A stretch of DNA of 64,000 nucleotides from Gemmatimonadota bacterium (GTDB taxonomy: Bacteria > Gemmatimonadota > Gemmatimonadetes > Gemmatimonadales > GWC2-71-9). The notes below the pieces were generated by a model. It was given only the letters and a program-made list of their open reading frames with translations. It was not told the origin of the DNA and did no database searches. Positions 20,264-30,881 of this stretch are shown one piece after another; the stretch's first letter is position 1; each line of letters opens with the position of its first letter. The DNA lies in contig JBDHKN010000006.1 of assembly GCA_039586365.1 (NCBI GenBank), forward strand, positions 137,402 to 201,401. Reading direction: 5' to 3'. A program made the position numbers and the translations under genes.

Positions 20264-21036
20264 CCTATTCGAGACATGTTCGGATCACTCGGGGTCGTTC
20301 TAGGCCTGCGCCCGAATACCCGGGTGGCGATCCGCTCGTAGATAAAGTTATACAAGCGCTCACCCTTCTCAATCGATGCCTGACTTGGATGACCGAGCGA
20401 GCCGGAGCTTTCCCTGGGAATCGCACCCGCCCGGCCGCTTTTGTACTTGCGAATTATCCCTGGAGATGGGGTATAGTCCTGAGCCCGTTCCATCGTGACC
20501 AGGTCGGCGTCCAGGTAGAGCAGGAGGGATGTGTCCATTTCCCCGCCGTGTATGGGAAGACCCGCGTCATCTAGCCGTCCCTCTAACGGGACAGCGAAAA
20601 TGTCGACGGTCCGGACTGTGGCCCGCCGGGCCCGGATGGTGCTTAGCGCCTCTTGATGGGGATCCTGGCCATGTGCAGTTATGATGATGAACTCCTCGAC
20701 GCCGCCAGCTTCCCACGACCCGATGAGATCGTTCATCAAGCGGGACAACGTCTTGCGGCTGAGGGAAGCGGCGCCGGGGTAGGGCACCCTTGTGGCTGCG
20801 TTGACGCCATATTCTATGGTTGGTGCTCGGAGCGTCCTGAACTCGGCTGACAGATCATCCGCGAGGTGCTCTACGATGGCAGTGTCACATCCTAGTGGAA
20901 GGTGCGCGCCATGCTGTTCGGTTGTTCCGACGGGGACGATCAGTCTGGCTTGCTTGGCCAGCAAGTCGCTCACCTTGCCGGGAGTTAAATGTTTAAGATA
21001 TAAAGGTTTACGGTGAGACCGGCTAAGATCGCTCAT
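20260..21036 (-). CDS. Creatininase/creatinine amidohydrolase family protein
   Basis: PVGTTEQHGAHLPLGCD, TAHG, HGGEMDTS metal-binding motifs; start uncertain. Confidence 0.88.
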   Translation of the reverse strand: MSDLSRSHRKPLYLKHLTPGKVSDLLAKQARLIVPVGTTEQHGAHLPLGCDTAIVEHLADDLSAEFRTLRAPTIEYGVNAATRVPYPGAASLSRKTLSRLMNDLIGSWEAGGVEEFIIITAHGQDPHQEALSTIRARRATVRTVDIFAVPLEGRLDDAGLPIHGGEMDTSLLLYLDADLVTMERAQDYTPSPGIIRKYKSGRAGAIPRESSGSLGHPSQASIEKGERLYNFIYERIATRVFGRRPRTTPSDPNMSRIG

Positions 21037-24000
21037 TGGGAGCTCGCTGTGGCAGCCCAGTGTACCGCTGTGGCTTCGTGGTTGGTGAACCCCGGACTCA
21101 TGTGGGCGGTGCTATCAGGGGTGCTATCGGTTCCCACCGTCCTGTTTGTGTTTCGTAAACTCGGGGTCGCTCCTGTCGCCGTGGTTCTGGCAGGATTGAC
21201 GGCTTCGCTGACTGCTCTGAGTACATCTTGGCGGGTGCAGGAAATCGAGAACCGCTGGCCCGACTTGAGAGAGGAGCTCATAGGGTCGGCCAGTGACGTT
21301 CTGGAGGAAACGCTCTTAGATGCGGTTGAACTCGCCCGCACGCTTGCCGATTCAGCCGCAGCCACTGTCTCAGCATCGCCGTCAGAAGCATTTGATCGGC
21401 TGCAGCAGGCAGTGGATCGGCATGGTCCTGAACAGGGCGCCGTGCTGCTCGACAGTGCCGGGCGAGCCGTCGCATGGGCCGGCAAGCACAGGCTCAGTCC
21501 CCAGTTGATCCGTAAAGAACTGTCCGCATTCATCACTCCATTCTACGTCATACTGGAAGCTCAGCGCCAGGAGGGAAACAGCCTCGGCGTCGGCCACGTG
21601 GTCTTGGCGGCGGACAGCGCCGTGCCGGACCGCGACCGCACGTTGGCTCAGGCATTCGCCCGCAAGACGGGATCCACGCTCGAGTTCTTCGCACCACAGG
21701 ATGCACCCGGCACGGCTGACGTCTTCGATTACTACCTGGAAGGAGATGCCCAACCGGATACCCTGTTCTCGGTCAGAACGGTCCCGCCAACCCAGGGCAC
21801 GCTCAAACTGGATCTGCTCGCCGGCGGCACCCGAACGGTGACGATGTTGCTGCTCCTCACGTTGGTTCTGATGGTGGCTTGCGCAGGGGCCCACGGAAGG
21901 TGGGTCGGCGCTGCGGGCATGGCCGCTGTTCTCGTTCTGACCCCGGCTGGAACGCATCTGGAGCTAGGCGAGCTGTTTTCAGGCGCTACGTACTTCCTGG
22001 AGGTTTTGGGACCGGTCTCGGCTTCAGCAGGGAGCTTGCTGGTCGGCTCAGCACTTCTCGTATTAGCTCTTGTCCCACTCAGACGACTTCGGATCACCCA
22101 TCGATCGGTTGGTGTTGTGGCGGCAGCTGCCCTCATAATCGCCTCGCCGTATGCGATGGCGTTTCTGGCCGCCGGAATAACACCGCCCGCGGCTCAGGTG
22201 GGAGCGAGCCTCTGGCTAGGTTGGGGAGCCACACTGACTGCTGCGAGCGCGGTGCCGCTGCTCCTGACATCCATTCTCCTCAGTGGTGCAGGCGTGCGGG
22301 CCGCGCCGTTCTGGGCCGCCTGGATTGCGGGATTGTGGGCCGTTGGCAACGCGGTGCTCGGACTTCTCATCTGGCAGCCGGCGCAAGGCTGGCCTGCCTG
22401 GTACCCACTCATTTGGATACCTCCCGTTGTGTTGGCCGTCCTGCCGGCGCGACGCCTCCGGCTGGTGGGCGCGACCGCGATTGTTGCAGGTTCGGCTGCG
22501 GCCCTGCTGACTTGGGGCAGTGTGGTGGAGGGGCGGTTGCTGCTGGCTGGACGCGACGCCTCCCGGGTGGGTGGTGGCGACCCGTTTGCTCGAGGCTTGC
22601 TCGATGGATATGTGTCCGAACTCCTGGCCAGGGAGGTTCCCAGAACAACCGCTCAGTTGTACGCGTCCTGGCGTCGTTCCTCGCTCAGCCAGGATGACTA
22701 TCCGGCTGTGCTCACCACTTGGGATGCTGACGGCAACCCGCTTGCCAGGTTGGATCTGGCAAGACTTGAGCTACGGCCGGGGCTGCTACAAAACCTCGCA
22801 GCAACCGCTCGTGATATCGGCCTGCCGACCGAGGAAAGGGTGGTGCTTCCTCCGACTGTGTATGTCAGGAGTGTCCCGTTCTCGGACGGGTCGGTGGTTT
22901 CCGTGGCCGTGGGCCCCCTGTCACGCTTGGTAGAGCCGGTACGAGTGGGGCGGTTCCTCCGTGGTGAACGGCGGCTCGTCGCACCGTACCGGATGTCTCT
23001 TGCTGGGCCGATAGCGGGGCCCGAAGAATCCCCGGAGATCTCTTGGCAGAGGGAAGGCTGGACTGTCCGTGGCGTGGGTACGCTGCGACCGTCGGACGCC
23101 GCCACCCAAGCGCAATCAGTGCTGTCGCTGCCGGAAGGGTCCGCCAGCCGCTACCACGTCCACCTGCATGTACCGCTCGGCGGGCTCAGCGGCACGCTGG
23201 TGCGGGGAGCCCTCGTCCTGGGCTGGAGCGCCTTGTTCGTCGGTCTCCTGTGGCTGCTCGGAGAAGGCCTCACCGGCAACCTGGTAATGGTCCCCGTACT
23301 GCGGGAGATGCTGAGCCTGCGGTCGTACCGCGCCAGACTGACCGTGGCTCTAGCCAGCTTCTTCATTCTGCCGACGTTGACCTACGCCACCTGGTCGATC
23401 GTACGCCTGCGCGTGAGCGCGATTCAAAGCGGTGATCTGCTCATTCAACAGACCCTGAGCGATGCGGTAGGGACGGCGCAACAGTTCCAGGGACTGCCGG
23501 ATACCGAGCTCCGGGATCGGCTCACCGTGCTTGCCGAAGGGTTGAATGCCGATTTGTTGTGGTATGAGGGGGGGACCCTGCGTCAGGCTAACCTGCCAGT
23601 GCTGGATGAGTTGGGGCTACTTGATCGGTATCTGCCGGCCGAAGTGTACCGGGAGTTGGCCCTACGCGAGGAACTGGAGGTCACCTACGACGAACTGATT
23701 GGAGGCCATGCGACACGGGTGGTCTACCGGGGCCTGAGTGAACCCGGGACCGTCCTAGCAGTACCCAGACTCGTCGACGTCCGAGACATCCAGAGTGGGC
23801 AGGAAGACCTGTTATTTGGGTTGCTGCTGGCAACGTTACTGGGGCTCGGTGCGGCCGCCGGACTCGCTGCGGTGGCAGCACGTTCCTTGGCGAGGCCGGT
23901 TAGCTCACTACGCGGAGCGGCTGAAGCGGTGGGCAGGGGCTATCCGGTGCCTGGCTTCGAGCCGGCGGCGCCGACCGAGTTCGTGCCGGTATTCCAGGCA

Positions 24001-25050
24001 TTTGAGCGAATGGCCCATGATGTGGAAGCGAGCCAGGCAGCGCTCGAGGCTGCGCGGCGTCGTACCGCAGCGGTGCTGCGCTACGTTGTGACCGCAGTTG
24101 TGGCGCTCGACCGCGATCTCATGATCATGATCGCCAACCCTCGGGCGGAGCACCTTCTTGGGTCGGTGCTGCCACCGGAAGTCGCAATCGACGCTCTGAC
24201 AGGCCCGGAATGGGCGCCGGTGTGGCAGTGGGTACGCGAATTCCTGAATGTGGGTAAGGACTCGGATTCACGTGAATTCACCGTTGGTGCGAGCTTGATC
24301 CGCGGTCAGGTTGCGGTGATCCATGGTCCTCCCAGGGGCTGCGTCTTGGCCCTGGATGACACAACGGAACTGACTAGGGCTGTGCGTGTCCTGGCTTGGG
24401 GTGAGTTGGCGCGGCAGGTCGCCCACGAAATCAAGAATCCGCTCACACCCATTCGCTTGGGCATCCAGCACCTGATTAGGGCTCACCAAGACGGTCTGGG
24501 TGACTTTGAGGTGACTCTGGATCGAACGGCGCGGCGGATCTTGGCCGAGATTGAGCGACTAGATGCAATCGCCCGAGCGTTTGCGAGATTCGGCGCTCCC
24601 CCGGCAGAGGCTGAACCATTGTCATTATCAGATCTTGTCCCCATCGCCAGAGACACTGCCGGACTTTATGCGCTTTCTGACGGCACTACAGTGTTCGTTG
24701 AGGCGGACAAGCAGGTTCGGGCGTGCGTGAGGAAAGACGAATTGAAGGAAGTCTTGGTCAATCTGGTGGAGAACGCGCGTGATGCTGGTGCGACCGAGGT
24801 AGTGATCTCGCTTCGAGAGGATGCAGCAAATCAAGTGACGATCAGCGTGTCCGATAACGGCCCCGGGATTCCTGAGGATGATCTCCCCTTGGTCTTCGAA
24901 CCGCACTTCTCCACGACTACCAGTGGTACCGGTCTCGGGTTGGCGATATGTAAGAGGCTCGTGGAATCGTGGGGTGGGGAGATTCATGTGGTCAGCGAAT
25001 CCGGTGGCGGAACGACCGTGAGGATCGCACTCACGGATGGAGAAAGGTGA
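21013..25050 (+). CDS. Large multi-TM sensor histidine kinase (HAMP-PAS-HisKA-HATPase, NtrY-like C-terminus)
   Basis: QVAHEIKNPLTP H-box, NLVENARDA, DNGPGI, FEPHFST, GTGLGLAI; many hydrophobic helices in the N-terminal 950 aa. Confidence 0.92.
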   Translation: MRPAKIAHWELAVAAQCTAVASWLVNPGLMWAVLSGVLSVPTVLFVFRKLGVAPVAVVLAGLTASLTALSTSWRVQEIENRWPDLREELIGSASDVLEETLLDAVELARTLADSAAATVSASPSEAFDRLQQAVDRHGPEQGAVLLDSAGRAVAWAGKHRLSPQLIRKELSAFITPFYVILEAQRQEGNSLGVGHVVLAADSAVPDRDRTLAQAFARKTGSTLEFFAPQDAPGTADVFDYYLEGDAQPDTLFSVRTVPPTQGTLKLDLLAGGTRTVTMLLLLTLVLMVACAGAHGRWVGAAGMAAVLVLTPAGTHLELGELFSGATYFLEVLGPVSASAGSLLVGSALLVLALVPLRRLRITHRSVGVVAAAALIIASPYAMAFLAAGITPPAAQVGASLWLGWGATLTAASAVPLLLTSILLSGAGVRAAPFWAAWIAGLWAVGNAVLGLLIWQPAQGWPAWYPLIWIPPVVLAVLPARRLRLVGATAIVAGSAAALLTWGSVVEGRLLLAGRDASRVGGGDPFARGLLDGYVSELLAREVPRTTAQLYASWRRSSLSQDDYPAVLTTWDADGNPLARLDLARLELRPGLLQNLAATARDIGLPTEERVVLPPTVYVRSVPFSDGSVVSVAVGPLSRLVEPVRVGRFLRGERRLVAPYRMSLAGPIAGPEESPEISWQREGWTVRGVGTLRPSDAATQAQSVLSLPEGSASRYHVHLHVPLGGLSGTLVRGALVLGWSALFVGLLWLLGEGLTGNLVMVPVLREMLSLRSYRARLTVALASFFILPTLTYATWSIVRLRVSAIQSGDLLIQQTLSDAVGTAQQFQGLPDTELRDRLTVLAEGLNADLLWYEGGTLRQANLPVLDELGLLDRYLPAEVYRELALREELEVTYDELIGGHATRVVYRGLSEPGTVLAVPRLVDVRDIQSGQEDLLFGLLLATLLGLGAAAGLAAVAARSLARPVSSLRGAAEAVGRGYPVPGFEPAAPTEFVPVFQAFERMAHDVEASQAALEAARRRTAAVLRYVVTAVVALDRDLMIMIANPRAEHLLGSVLPPEVAIDALTGPEWAPVWQWVREFLNVGKDSDSREFTVGASLIRGQVAVIHGPPRGCVLALDDTTELTRAVRVLAWGELARQVAHEIKNPLTPIRLGIQHLIRAHQDGLGDFEVTLDRTARRILAEIERLDAIARAFARFGAPPAEAEPLSLSDLVPIARDTAGLYALSDGTTVFVEADKQVRACVRKDELKEVLVNLVENARDAGATEVVISLREDAANQVTISVSDNGPGIPEDDLPLVFEPHFSTTTSGTGLGLAICKRLVESWGGEIHVVSESGGGTTVRIALTDGER

Positions 25051-25170
25051 CTGAGCGGGTGCCGATGTGCTGCTGCGTCCGCTGCCTGACGAGTTCGGGA
25101 ACAATTGCATGGTCTCGAGGCTTATAGGAGGGCGGGTTGTAGCAAACGAATGCCTAATCGGAGCCAAGGA

Positions 25171-26076
25171 ATGCTGATCAAGAAGCAAAACGACATTAGT
25201 TCCTCAGAGATAACTGACGAAGTCAGCTACCACGGCCGTCGTGAGTTCATCGAGACAGTTGCCGGTGCAGCGGCATACGCGGCGGTCGGCCCTCTAGTCC
25301 CTTGGTTTCAGCGAAGGCAAGCCGATGAGCTGACTTCGTATGAGGCCATAACCAGCTACAACAACTTCTACGAGTTCGGCACAGGGAAAGACGATCCCGC
25401 CCGAAACGCTGGCTCGCTGAGAACACGGCCTTGGACCGTCACCGTTGAGGGTGAAGTGCACAAGCCCGGCGTGCTCGACATAGACGACATTATAAAGCGG
25501 TACCCTGCGGAAGAACGTGTCTATCGACTCCGCTGCGTCGAAGCCTGGTCGATGGTGATCCCGTGGCTGGGATTCCCGCTGGCGAATTTGCTGAAGGCCG
25601 TGGAGCCGACATCCAAAGCCAGATTCGTCGAGTTCACAACCCTACACGATCCGACACAAATGCCAGGGCAGAAGCGGAACGTCCTGCCGTGGCCCTATGT
25701 CGAAGGGCTTCGCCTCGACGAGGCAATGCACCCCCTGACCATCCTGTCCGTAGGCCTGTACGGCAAGATGCTCCCGAACCAGAACGGCGCACCGATCCGC
25801 CTGGTGGTACCGTGGAAGTACGGATTCAAGAGCATCAAGTCGATCGTGCGGATCCGGTTAGTCGAGAGTCAGCCGGTCACGGCTTGGAACTCGGTTGCCC
25901 CTCGAGAGTACGGCTTCTACTCCAATGTGAACCCGGAGGTGAATCATCCCCGGTGGAGCCAGAGGAAAGAGCGCAGGATTGGGAAGCTGTTCAAGCAAGA
26001 CACGCTCATGTTCAATGGCTATGGCGATCAGGTGGCCCAACTCTACAGCGGGATGGACCTCAAGAGGTATTTCTAG
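25171..26076 (+). CDS. msrP: Protein-methionine-sulfoxide reductase catalytic subunit MsrP
   Basis: MLIKK..SEITDE..RREF Tat signal, [38 protein letters not shown]. Confidence 0.97.
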   Translation: MLIKKQNDISSSEITDEVSYHGRREFIETVAGAAAYAAVGPLVPWFQRRQADELTSYEAITSYNNFYEFGTGKDDPARNAGSLRTRPWTVTVEGEVHKPGVLDIDDIIKRYPAEERVYRLRCVEAWSMVIPWLGFPLANLLKAVEPTSKARFVEFTTLHDPTQMPGQKRNVLPWPYVEGLRLDEAMHPLTILSVGLYGKMLPNQNGAPIRLVVPWKYGFKSIKSIVRIRLVESQPVTAWNSVAPREYGFYSNVNPEVNHPRWSQRKERRIGKLFKQDTLMFNGYGDQVAQLYSGMDLKRYF

Positions 26077-26085
26077 GCGATCGCC

Positions 26086-26691
26086 ATGAACCGCGCTCAG
26101 TTGGTCAGGAGGGTGGTGAAACCGGCGGCGTTCGTGACACTGTTGCTACCGGCAGTCATTCTCGCTCGGGATCTTGCGGCTGGCAATCTGAGCGTCAACC
26201 CGATCGAGGACATCACCCATCGAACGGGTCGCTGGGGGCTCATTCTCCTCTTGGCTACTCTCGCTGTCACTCCGGTCCGCCGGATCACAGGTTGGTCAGT
26301 CCTCATCAGATTCAGACGAATGGTGGGATTGTTCGCCTTCTTCTATCTGCTGCTTCATTTCTCGACCTACGTCGTGTTGGACCAGTTTTTCTCTCTGCGT
26401 GGCATCGCGGATGATGTCGTAAATCGACCATACATCACTGTTGGCTTCGCGAGCTTGGTGTTGCTGGTGCCACTCGCTCTCACGTCGACCAAGGGGATGG
26501 TGAAGCGGTTGGGTGGTAGGCGCTGGGCGAACCTCCATCGCTTGATCTACGTCGCCGCGGGAGGGGGCATTGTTCACTTCGTTTGGCTCGTCAAAGCTGA
26601 TTACCGCGATCCCACTATCTATGGGATCGTGTTGGTTCTGTTGCTCGCCTCACGCCTCAAGCTCCCCCGTTGGCGTTCAGTGCCTAGCTAG
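26086..26691 (+). CDS. msrQ: Heme-binding membrane subunit MsrQ
   Basis: NPIEDITHRTG, RRMVGL.AFFY..LH, RPYITVG, LHRLIY; follows msrP. Confidence 0.95.
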   Translation: MNRAQLVRRVVKPAAFVTLLLPAVILARDLAAGNLSVNPIEDITHRTGRWGLILLLATLAVTPVRRITGWSVLIRFRRMVGLFAFFYLLLHFSTYVVLDQFFSLRGIADDVVNRPYITVGFASLVLLVPLALTSTKGMVKRLGGRRWANLHRLIYVAAGGGIVHFVWLVKADYRDPTIYGIVLVLLLASRLKLPRWRSVPS

Positions 26692-26814
26692 AAAATCCGT
26701 CTGAAGCGGTAGTTGATCAACCAGGTTATCTTACCTCCGCTTGATTGCAGACTTGGGTGGAGTACCCTCCGCAACCGAATGATCTTTGAACCCTCCAGTC
26801 TTGGGGACCTGCTG

Positions 26815-28479
26815 ATGACTAGAGTTCTGACATCTAGCCGCTACGTGCTCTGCATGCTTGTGCTCGGATTCATGGCATGTACCGGCGACGCCGCTCTGGA
26901 CAAGGCGCTGGATACGATTACGGCTGACGACCTGATCCCTGACATACAGATCCTCGCTTCCGATGAGTTTGAAGGGCGCTCCCCATCGTCACTGGGCGAG
27001 GAGAGGACGATCAACTTCTTGCGGACCGAGTTTGAGAAGTTGGGTCTCGAGCCAGGCAACGGAGACAGTTTCTTCCAGGAAGTGCCTCTCGTAGCGATAA
27101 CAGCCAATCCGAATGCAACTCTGACGGTGAGTGGCAAGGGCGCGAGGAATGGCTTCAGCTACGGCGACGAATTCATGGCTTGGACCAAACGCGTCGTAGC
27201 TAGAGCCAGCATCGGCAGCTCCGAGTTGGTGTTCGTCGGGTACGGAGTCGTCGCACCAGAGTACGGATGGAACGACTACGAAGGATTGGATGTGCGTGGC
27301 AAGACGGTCGTGGTGCTGGTGAACGATCCTGGTTTCGCGACGCAGGATGAAGCTCTGTTCAACGGCAACGCGATGACGTACTACGGACGGTGGACCTACA
27401 AATTCGAGGAAGCTGCCCGGCAGGGTGCGGCAGGCGCCTTTATCGTGCATGAGACGGAGCCTGCGGCCTACCCTTGGGGTGTAGTGCAGAACAGCTGGTC
27501 GGGCAAGCAATTCGGACTGGTGGCGGAAGACGACAACATGTCGGCAGTGGCGATCGAGGGCTGGTGGACAGTGGAGACGGCACGAAGCCTGTTCGCACAG
27601 GCTGGTCTCAACTACGACTCACTCAAGACCTTGGCCGAGCAACGGGGATTCGAGTCAGTGCCGATGGGTCTCAGCGCATCACTCACGCTCCAGAACACGA
27701 TCGAACGGTCGACATCCAACAACGTGCTGGCCCTGCTGCCGGGGACGGACCGGGCTGACGAGATCTTCGTGTATATGGCCCACTGGGATCACTTTGGGCG
27801 CGACACGACTCTCGAAGGCGATCAGATCTACAATGGAGCTGTTGACAATGCGACTGGAACCGCTGCACTGATCGAGTTGGCGGAAGCCTTTCTTGCACTA
27901 GAGCGGCGGCCGGCCCGGTCGATCTTGTTCATGGCGGTAACGGCTGAGGAGCGGGGGCTGCTTGGTTCCCAATACTATGGGGAGAATCCCGTGTATCCGC
28001 TCGACAAGACCGTCGCCGCACTCAACATGGATGCACTCAACGTGCTGGGTCGCATGAACGACATCAGTGTCGTGGGCTACGGGAATTCGGAGCTGGACGA
28101 CTACCTCACGGAGGCTGCTGCGGAGCAGGGACGTACGGTCCGTCCCGATCCGCATCCGGAGCATGGTTCTTACTACCGTTCGGATCACTTCAACTTCGCC
28201 AAGGTCGGGGTACCGGCACTCTATCCAGGCAGCGGTGTGGACCATGTTGAACGGGGCGAGGCGTGGACTGAAGCAAGGAACGACGAATATCTCGCCAACC
28301 AGTATCACAAGCCCACGGATGAGTACAACGCCGAATGGGATCTGTCCGGAATGATCGACGACGTGCGCTTGTGTTTCACCATTGGCTACCGTATCGCGAA
28401 TGGGGCGACCTTCCCCAACTGGCGAGAGGGTACTGAGTTCAAAGCGATCCGGGACGCAATGATGGGGACTGGCCGGTGA
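26815..28479 (+). CDS. M28 family metallopeptidase (PA domain), lipoprotein
   Basis: FMAC lipobox, AHWDH, NGAVDNATG, TAEERGLLGS, RSDHFNF, YHKPTD. Confidence 0.92.
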   Translation: MTRVLTSSRYVLCMLVLGFMACTGDAALDKALDTITADDLIPDIQILASDEFEGRSPSSLGEERTINFLRTEFEKLGLEPGNGDSFFQEVPLVAITANPNATLTVSGKGARNGFSYGDEFMAWTKRVVARASIGSSELVFVGYGVVAPEYGWNDYEGLDVRGKTVVVLVNDPGFATQDEALFNGNAMTYYGRWTYKFEEAARQGAAGAFIVHETEPAAYPWGVVQNSWSGKQFGLVAEDDNMSAVAIEGWWTVETARSLFAQAGLNYDSLKTLAEQRGFESVPMGLSASLTLQNTIERSTSNNVLALLPGTDRADEIFVYMAHWDHFGRDTTLEGDQIYNGAVDNATGTAALIELAEAFLALERRPARSILFMAVTAEERGLLGSQYYGENPVYPLDKTVAALNMDALNVLGRMNDISVVGYGNSELDDYLTEAAAEQGRTVRPDPHPEHGSYYRSDHFNFAKVGVPALYPGSGVDHVERGEAWTEARNDEYLANQYHKPTDEYNAEWDLSGMIDDVRLCFTIGYRIANGATFPNWREGTEFKAIRDAMMGTGR

Positions 28480-28489
28480 TCTCTACGGA

Positions 28490-28517
28490 CTAACCCCATG
28501 CTGCTGCCTGGGGTTAG
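28490..28517. terminator. Hairpin between convergent genes, probable terminator
   Basis: CTAACCCCA-N10-TGGGGTTAG perfect 9-bp inverted repeat; no clear U tract. Confidence 0.4.
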
Positions 28518-28554
28518 CAGTCTCGCGTAAGGAGCCTGCCCGAGCGACCAGGCC

Positions 28555-30876
28555 CTAGGTCTTCTGTGTCAGCCGGATCCTGTGCGTTCCTGCAGGTAGC
28601 CGGACATCCTGCGCTGGAACGTCTCGCTCCCGCCCGTCAATGGTGAGATGCAGCTGGCTGGCATGCAGATTCACCGCGAGGCTTATGGGTTCTGTAGAGA
28701 GCGTTTCCGCCGAGATCTGTCCAACGGCTACCTCCAAGTGGCGCAGTACGAGAGGCCCCGTGCTATACAACAAGCCCTTGCCGTCGACGTCGACACGGTA
28801 GCCCTCGGGTGACAGCAAGATGTCCCAACGTCGCCCGTTGAGTACGACGTTCTTGATCTTGCTAGATAGCGGTGGAGTCAGCGTCCCGACCCGAAGTCCG
28901 TCCCACGGCGTCGAGTCGATGAATTCCTCAATGCCGGTGAGCGCGAAGAGTGGTCCCCAGCTCTGGTAAGCCTGTCCTCCGCCTTCCCCGGTGCGGCTGT
29001 CGTAGTTCTCGCGGCAGGTCTGATAGTCGCGCCAACTCCGCAGGAATAGATCGACGCTTCGGCCTGCCAGCTCACCAGCCACGTCGTCGAACCGGTAGCG
29101 TCTCAGGCCTTGGTATGCCAGGTAGTTCGGTGGGGGCCAGATGGTACCGCGCCAGTATTGTTGGTCCGAGAACGCCGGATCGTCTCGGCTGATCGTTGGC
29201 AGAACGTAGCGTCCCCAAAACATCGTTTCGTCGAGCAAGGTCACGAGCATCCGCTCGGCACGCTCAGCGGTTGGGATTCCCGCCAGAAGTGGATAGAAAT
29301 GCGAGGCGGCTAGCCTATTGGAGCGGCGTCCGTCCCAAAACCGGTCGACATACATCCCCAGAGCGTCATCCCAAAGCTGTTCGTTGACTCTATCGCTGAG
29401 CCTGCATCTCATGTCTCGGTACAGCACTGCCTTCTGACTCAACCCCAACCGCTCGGCCATCAGTGCGAGGCATTCACAGTCAAGTGCCAGTAGGGAGTTC
29501 AGATCCACCGACTCGAGATTGAATGTCTCAGACTGCTCCATCCAGACAGCATCATCCCAATTGGGTAGGTCGTCTTGGCCCGATTCCCAGGCGGCTAGTT
29601 GGTGGTGACTTGCCTGGTTTTCCCAGGCGGCCGGTGAGTCGGTGAGCAGTCCCAGATCGCAGCCCCATTCGAACAACCCGTTGTCATTTCCGTCACGCCG
29701 CTTGCGTCCGTTCTTGCTTGCTCGCCACCACGCCGACCAGCGCTCGAGGTGGGGGAATGCTCTGTCCAACAGCGAGATGTCCCCAGTTCGTAGATAGCAT
29801 TTGAGAACGGCGAATGAGCCTATGGGGGGCTGTGATCGATCGGGTGTGCCGCTGTACCTACCACGCCAATTGGGGATGTTGCCGTTGTCGTACTGCGTCT
29901 CGAGCACGGCCAGTAGTGCATCCCGTGCCAATTCGGGACTCTCGACAGCAAGCTGGAGGGCGTTCAGAAAGCTGTCCCAGCAGAACACGGTCCAGTGATC
30001 ACGGCCGCCACCATGACGGGGGAAAATCCACCGCCGCCCGGCCGGCGCATATCGGCGGCCGGTCTCCGGTTTGATGGATACCATCCAGTGGAGATTGTTC
30101 GTGATCGACGAGGCGAGACCCTCCCAGTGTCCCTGCACGGCCACACGGCTCGACTCGTAGGCAGCGGCCGCCTGCTGCAACCGCCTGCTGACAGTGTCAC
30201 CCACCAGCAACCGCCTAGCCGCGTCGCGGGCCACTTCTAGTCGGTCCGCCATACATGCGGTAAAGATGATCCGATCACCAGGCGACACGGAAAACGGGAC
30301 GACTGCCTCAATCGCGGTTACATCAGGACCGCCATCGTGATCCCTGCGGTTGCCACCTGTGACTTGCTGCAGCACGAGCGCGATAGCGCACTCCCCGTCT
30401 GCCGTCAGACCAGAGATCTCGTGACACGCAATCTGCCGCTCCCGGTGTCCGACTGGTCTCTCCTGGCCAGCGCGTTCGTCGGACGCACCGTAGTTCGCGT
30501 GCCACACTCCCTCCCAGTCCCAGGGGAAGTAACCATGCATCGTTAGTGTGCCGGCAAACGAGACGCTGAGACCACCGACAGCACCGGCCCTGTCGATCCG
30601 GGACCACTCTACGGTTAGGCCGGCGTCACGGCCGGCCTTCGCTACGGTCGGACCGTCATGCTCGCTGCCGAATGGCAAGACAGCGTCAAAAGCAACGCGC
30701 GCATAGCTGCTGTCGGGAGCATGGGGACCGACCTCATGTACCAGGTGCATTAGGTCATTCCCATCGGCTCGTTCCCCATCTCGTTCCAGTGAGAATCGGA
30801 TGGCGAACCCGCGACCTGGCTGATCTGAGAACACCAATCCGTCCCAGGCTTCGGGGTCGTACGCGCCAACGAGCAC
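28555..30876 (-). CDS. (alpha/alpha)6 glycoside hydrolase, MGH1/GH63/trehalase-like
   Basis: FCWDSF, RSQPP, WESGQDDLPNWD, VDLNS, YWRGTIW, CRENY. Confidence 0.85.
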   Translation of the reverse strand: MLVGAYDPEAWDGLVFSDQPGRGFAIRFSLERDGERADGNDLMHLVHEVGPHAPDSSYARVAFDAVLPFGSEHDGPTVAKAGRDAGLTVEWSRIDRAGAVGGLSVSFAGTLTMHGYFPWDWEGVWHANYGASDERAGQERPVGHRERQIACHEISGLTADGECAIALVLQQVTGGNRRDHDGGPDVTAIEAVVPFSVSPGDRIIFTACMADRLEVARDAARRLLVGDTVSRRLQQAAAAYESSRVAVQGHWEGLASSITNNLHWMVSIKPETGRRYAPAGRRWIFPRHGGGRDHWTVFCWDSFLNALQLAVESPELARDALLAVLETQYDNGNIPNWRGRYSGTPDRSQPPIGSFAVLKCYLRTGDISLLDRAFPHLERWSAWWRASKNGRKRRDGNDNGLFEWGCDLGLLTDSPAAWENQASHHQLAAWESGQDDLPNWDDAVWMEQSETFNLESVDLNSLLALDCECLALMAERLGLSQKAVLYRDMRCRLSDRVNEQLWDDALGMYVDRFWDGRRSNRLAASHFYPLLAGIPTAERAERMLVTLLDETMFWGRYVLPTISRDDPAFSDQQYWRGTIWPPPNYLAYQGLRRYRFDDVAGELAGRSVDLFLRSWRDYQTCRENYDSRTGEGGGQAYQSWGPLFALTGIEEFIDSTPWDGLRVGTLTPPLSSKIKNVVLNGRRWDILLSPEGYRVDVDGKGLLYSTGPLVLRHLEVAVGQISAETLSTEPISLAVNLHASQLHLTIDGRERDVPAQDVRLPAGTHRIRLTQKT

Positions 30877-30881
30877 GGGCT

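Noticed and set aside
20260..21036. Mycofactocin MftE assignment for the creatininase-like gene
   Set aside because: No mftA/B/C/D/F genes nearby; only family-level motifs are present.
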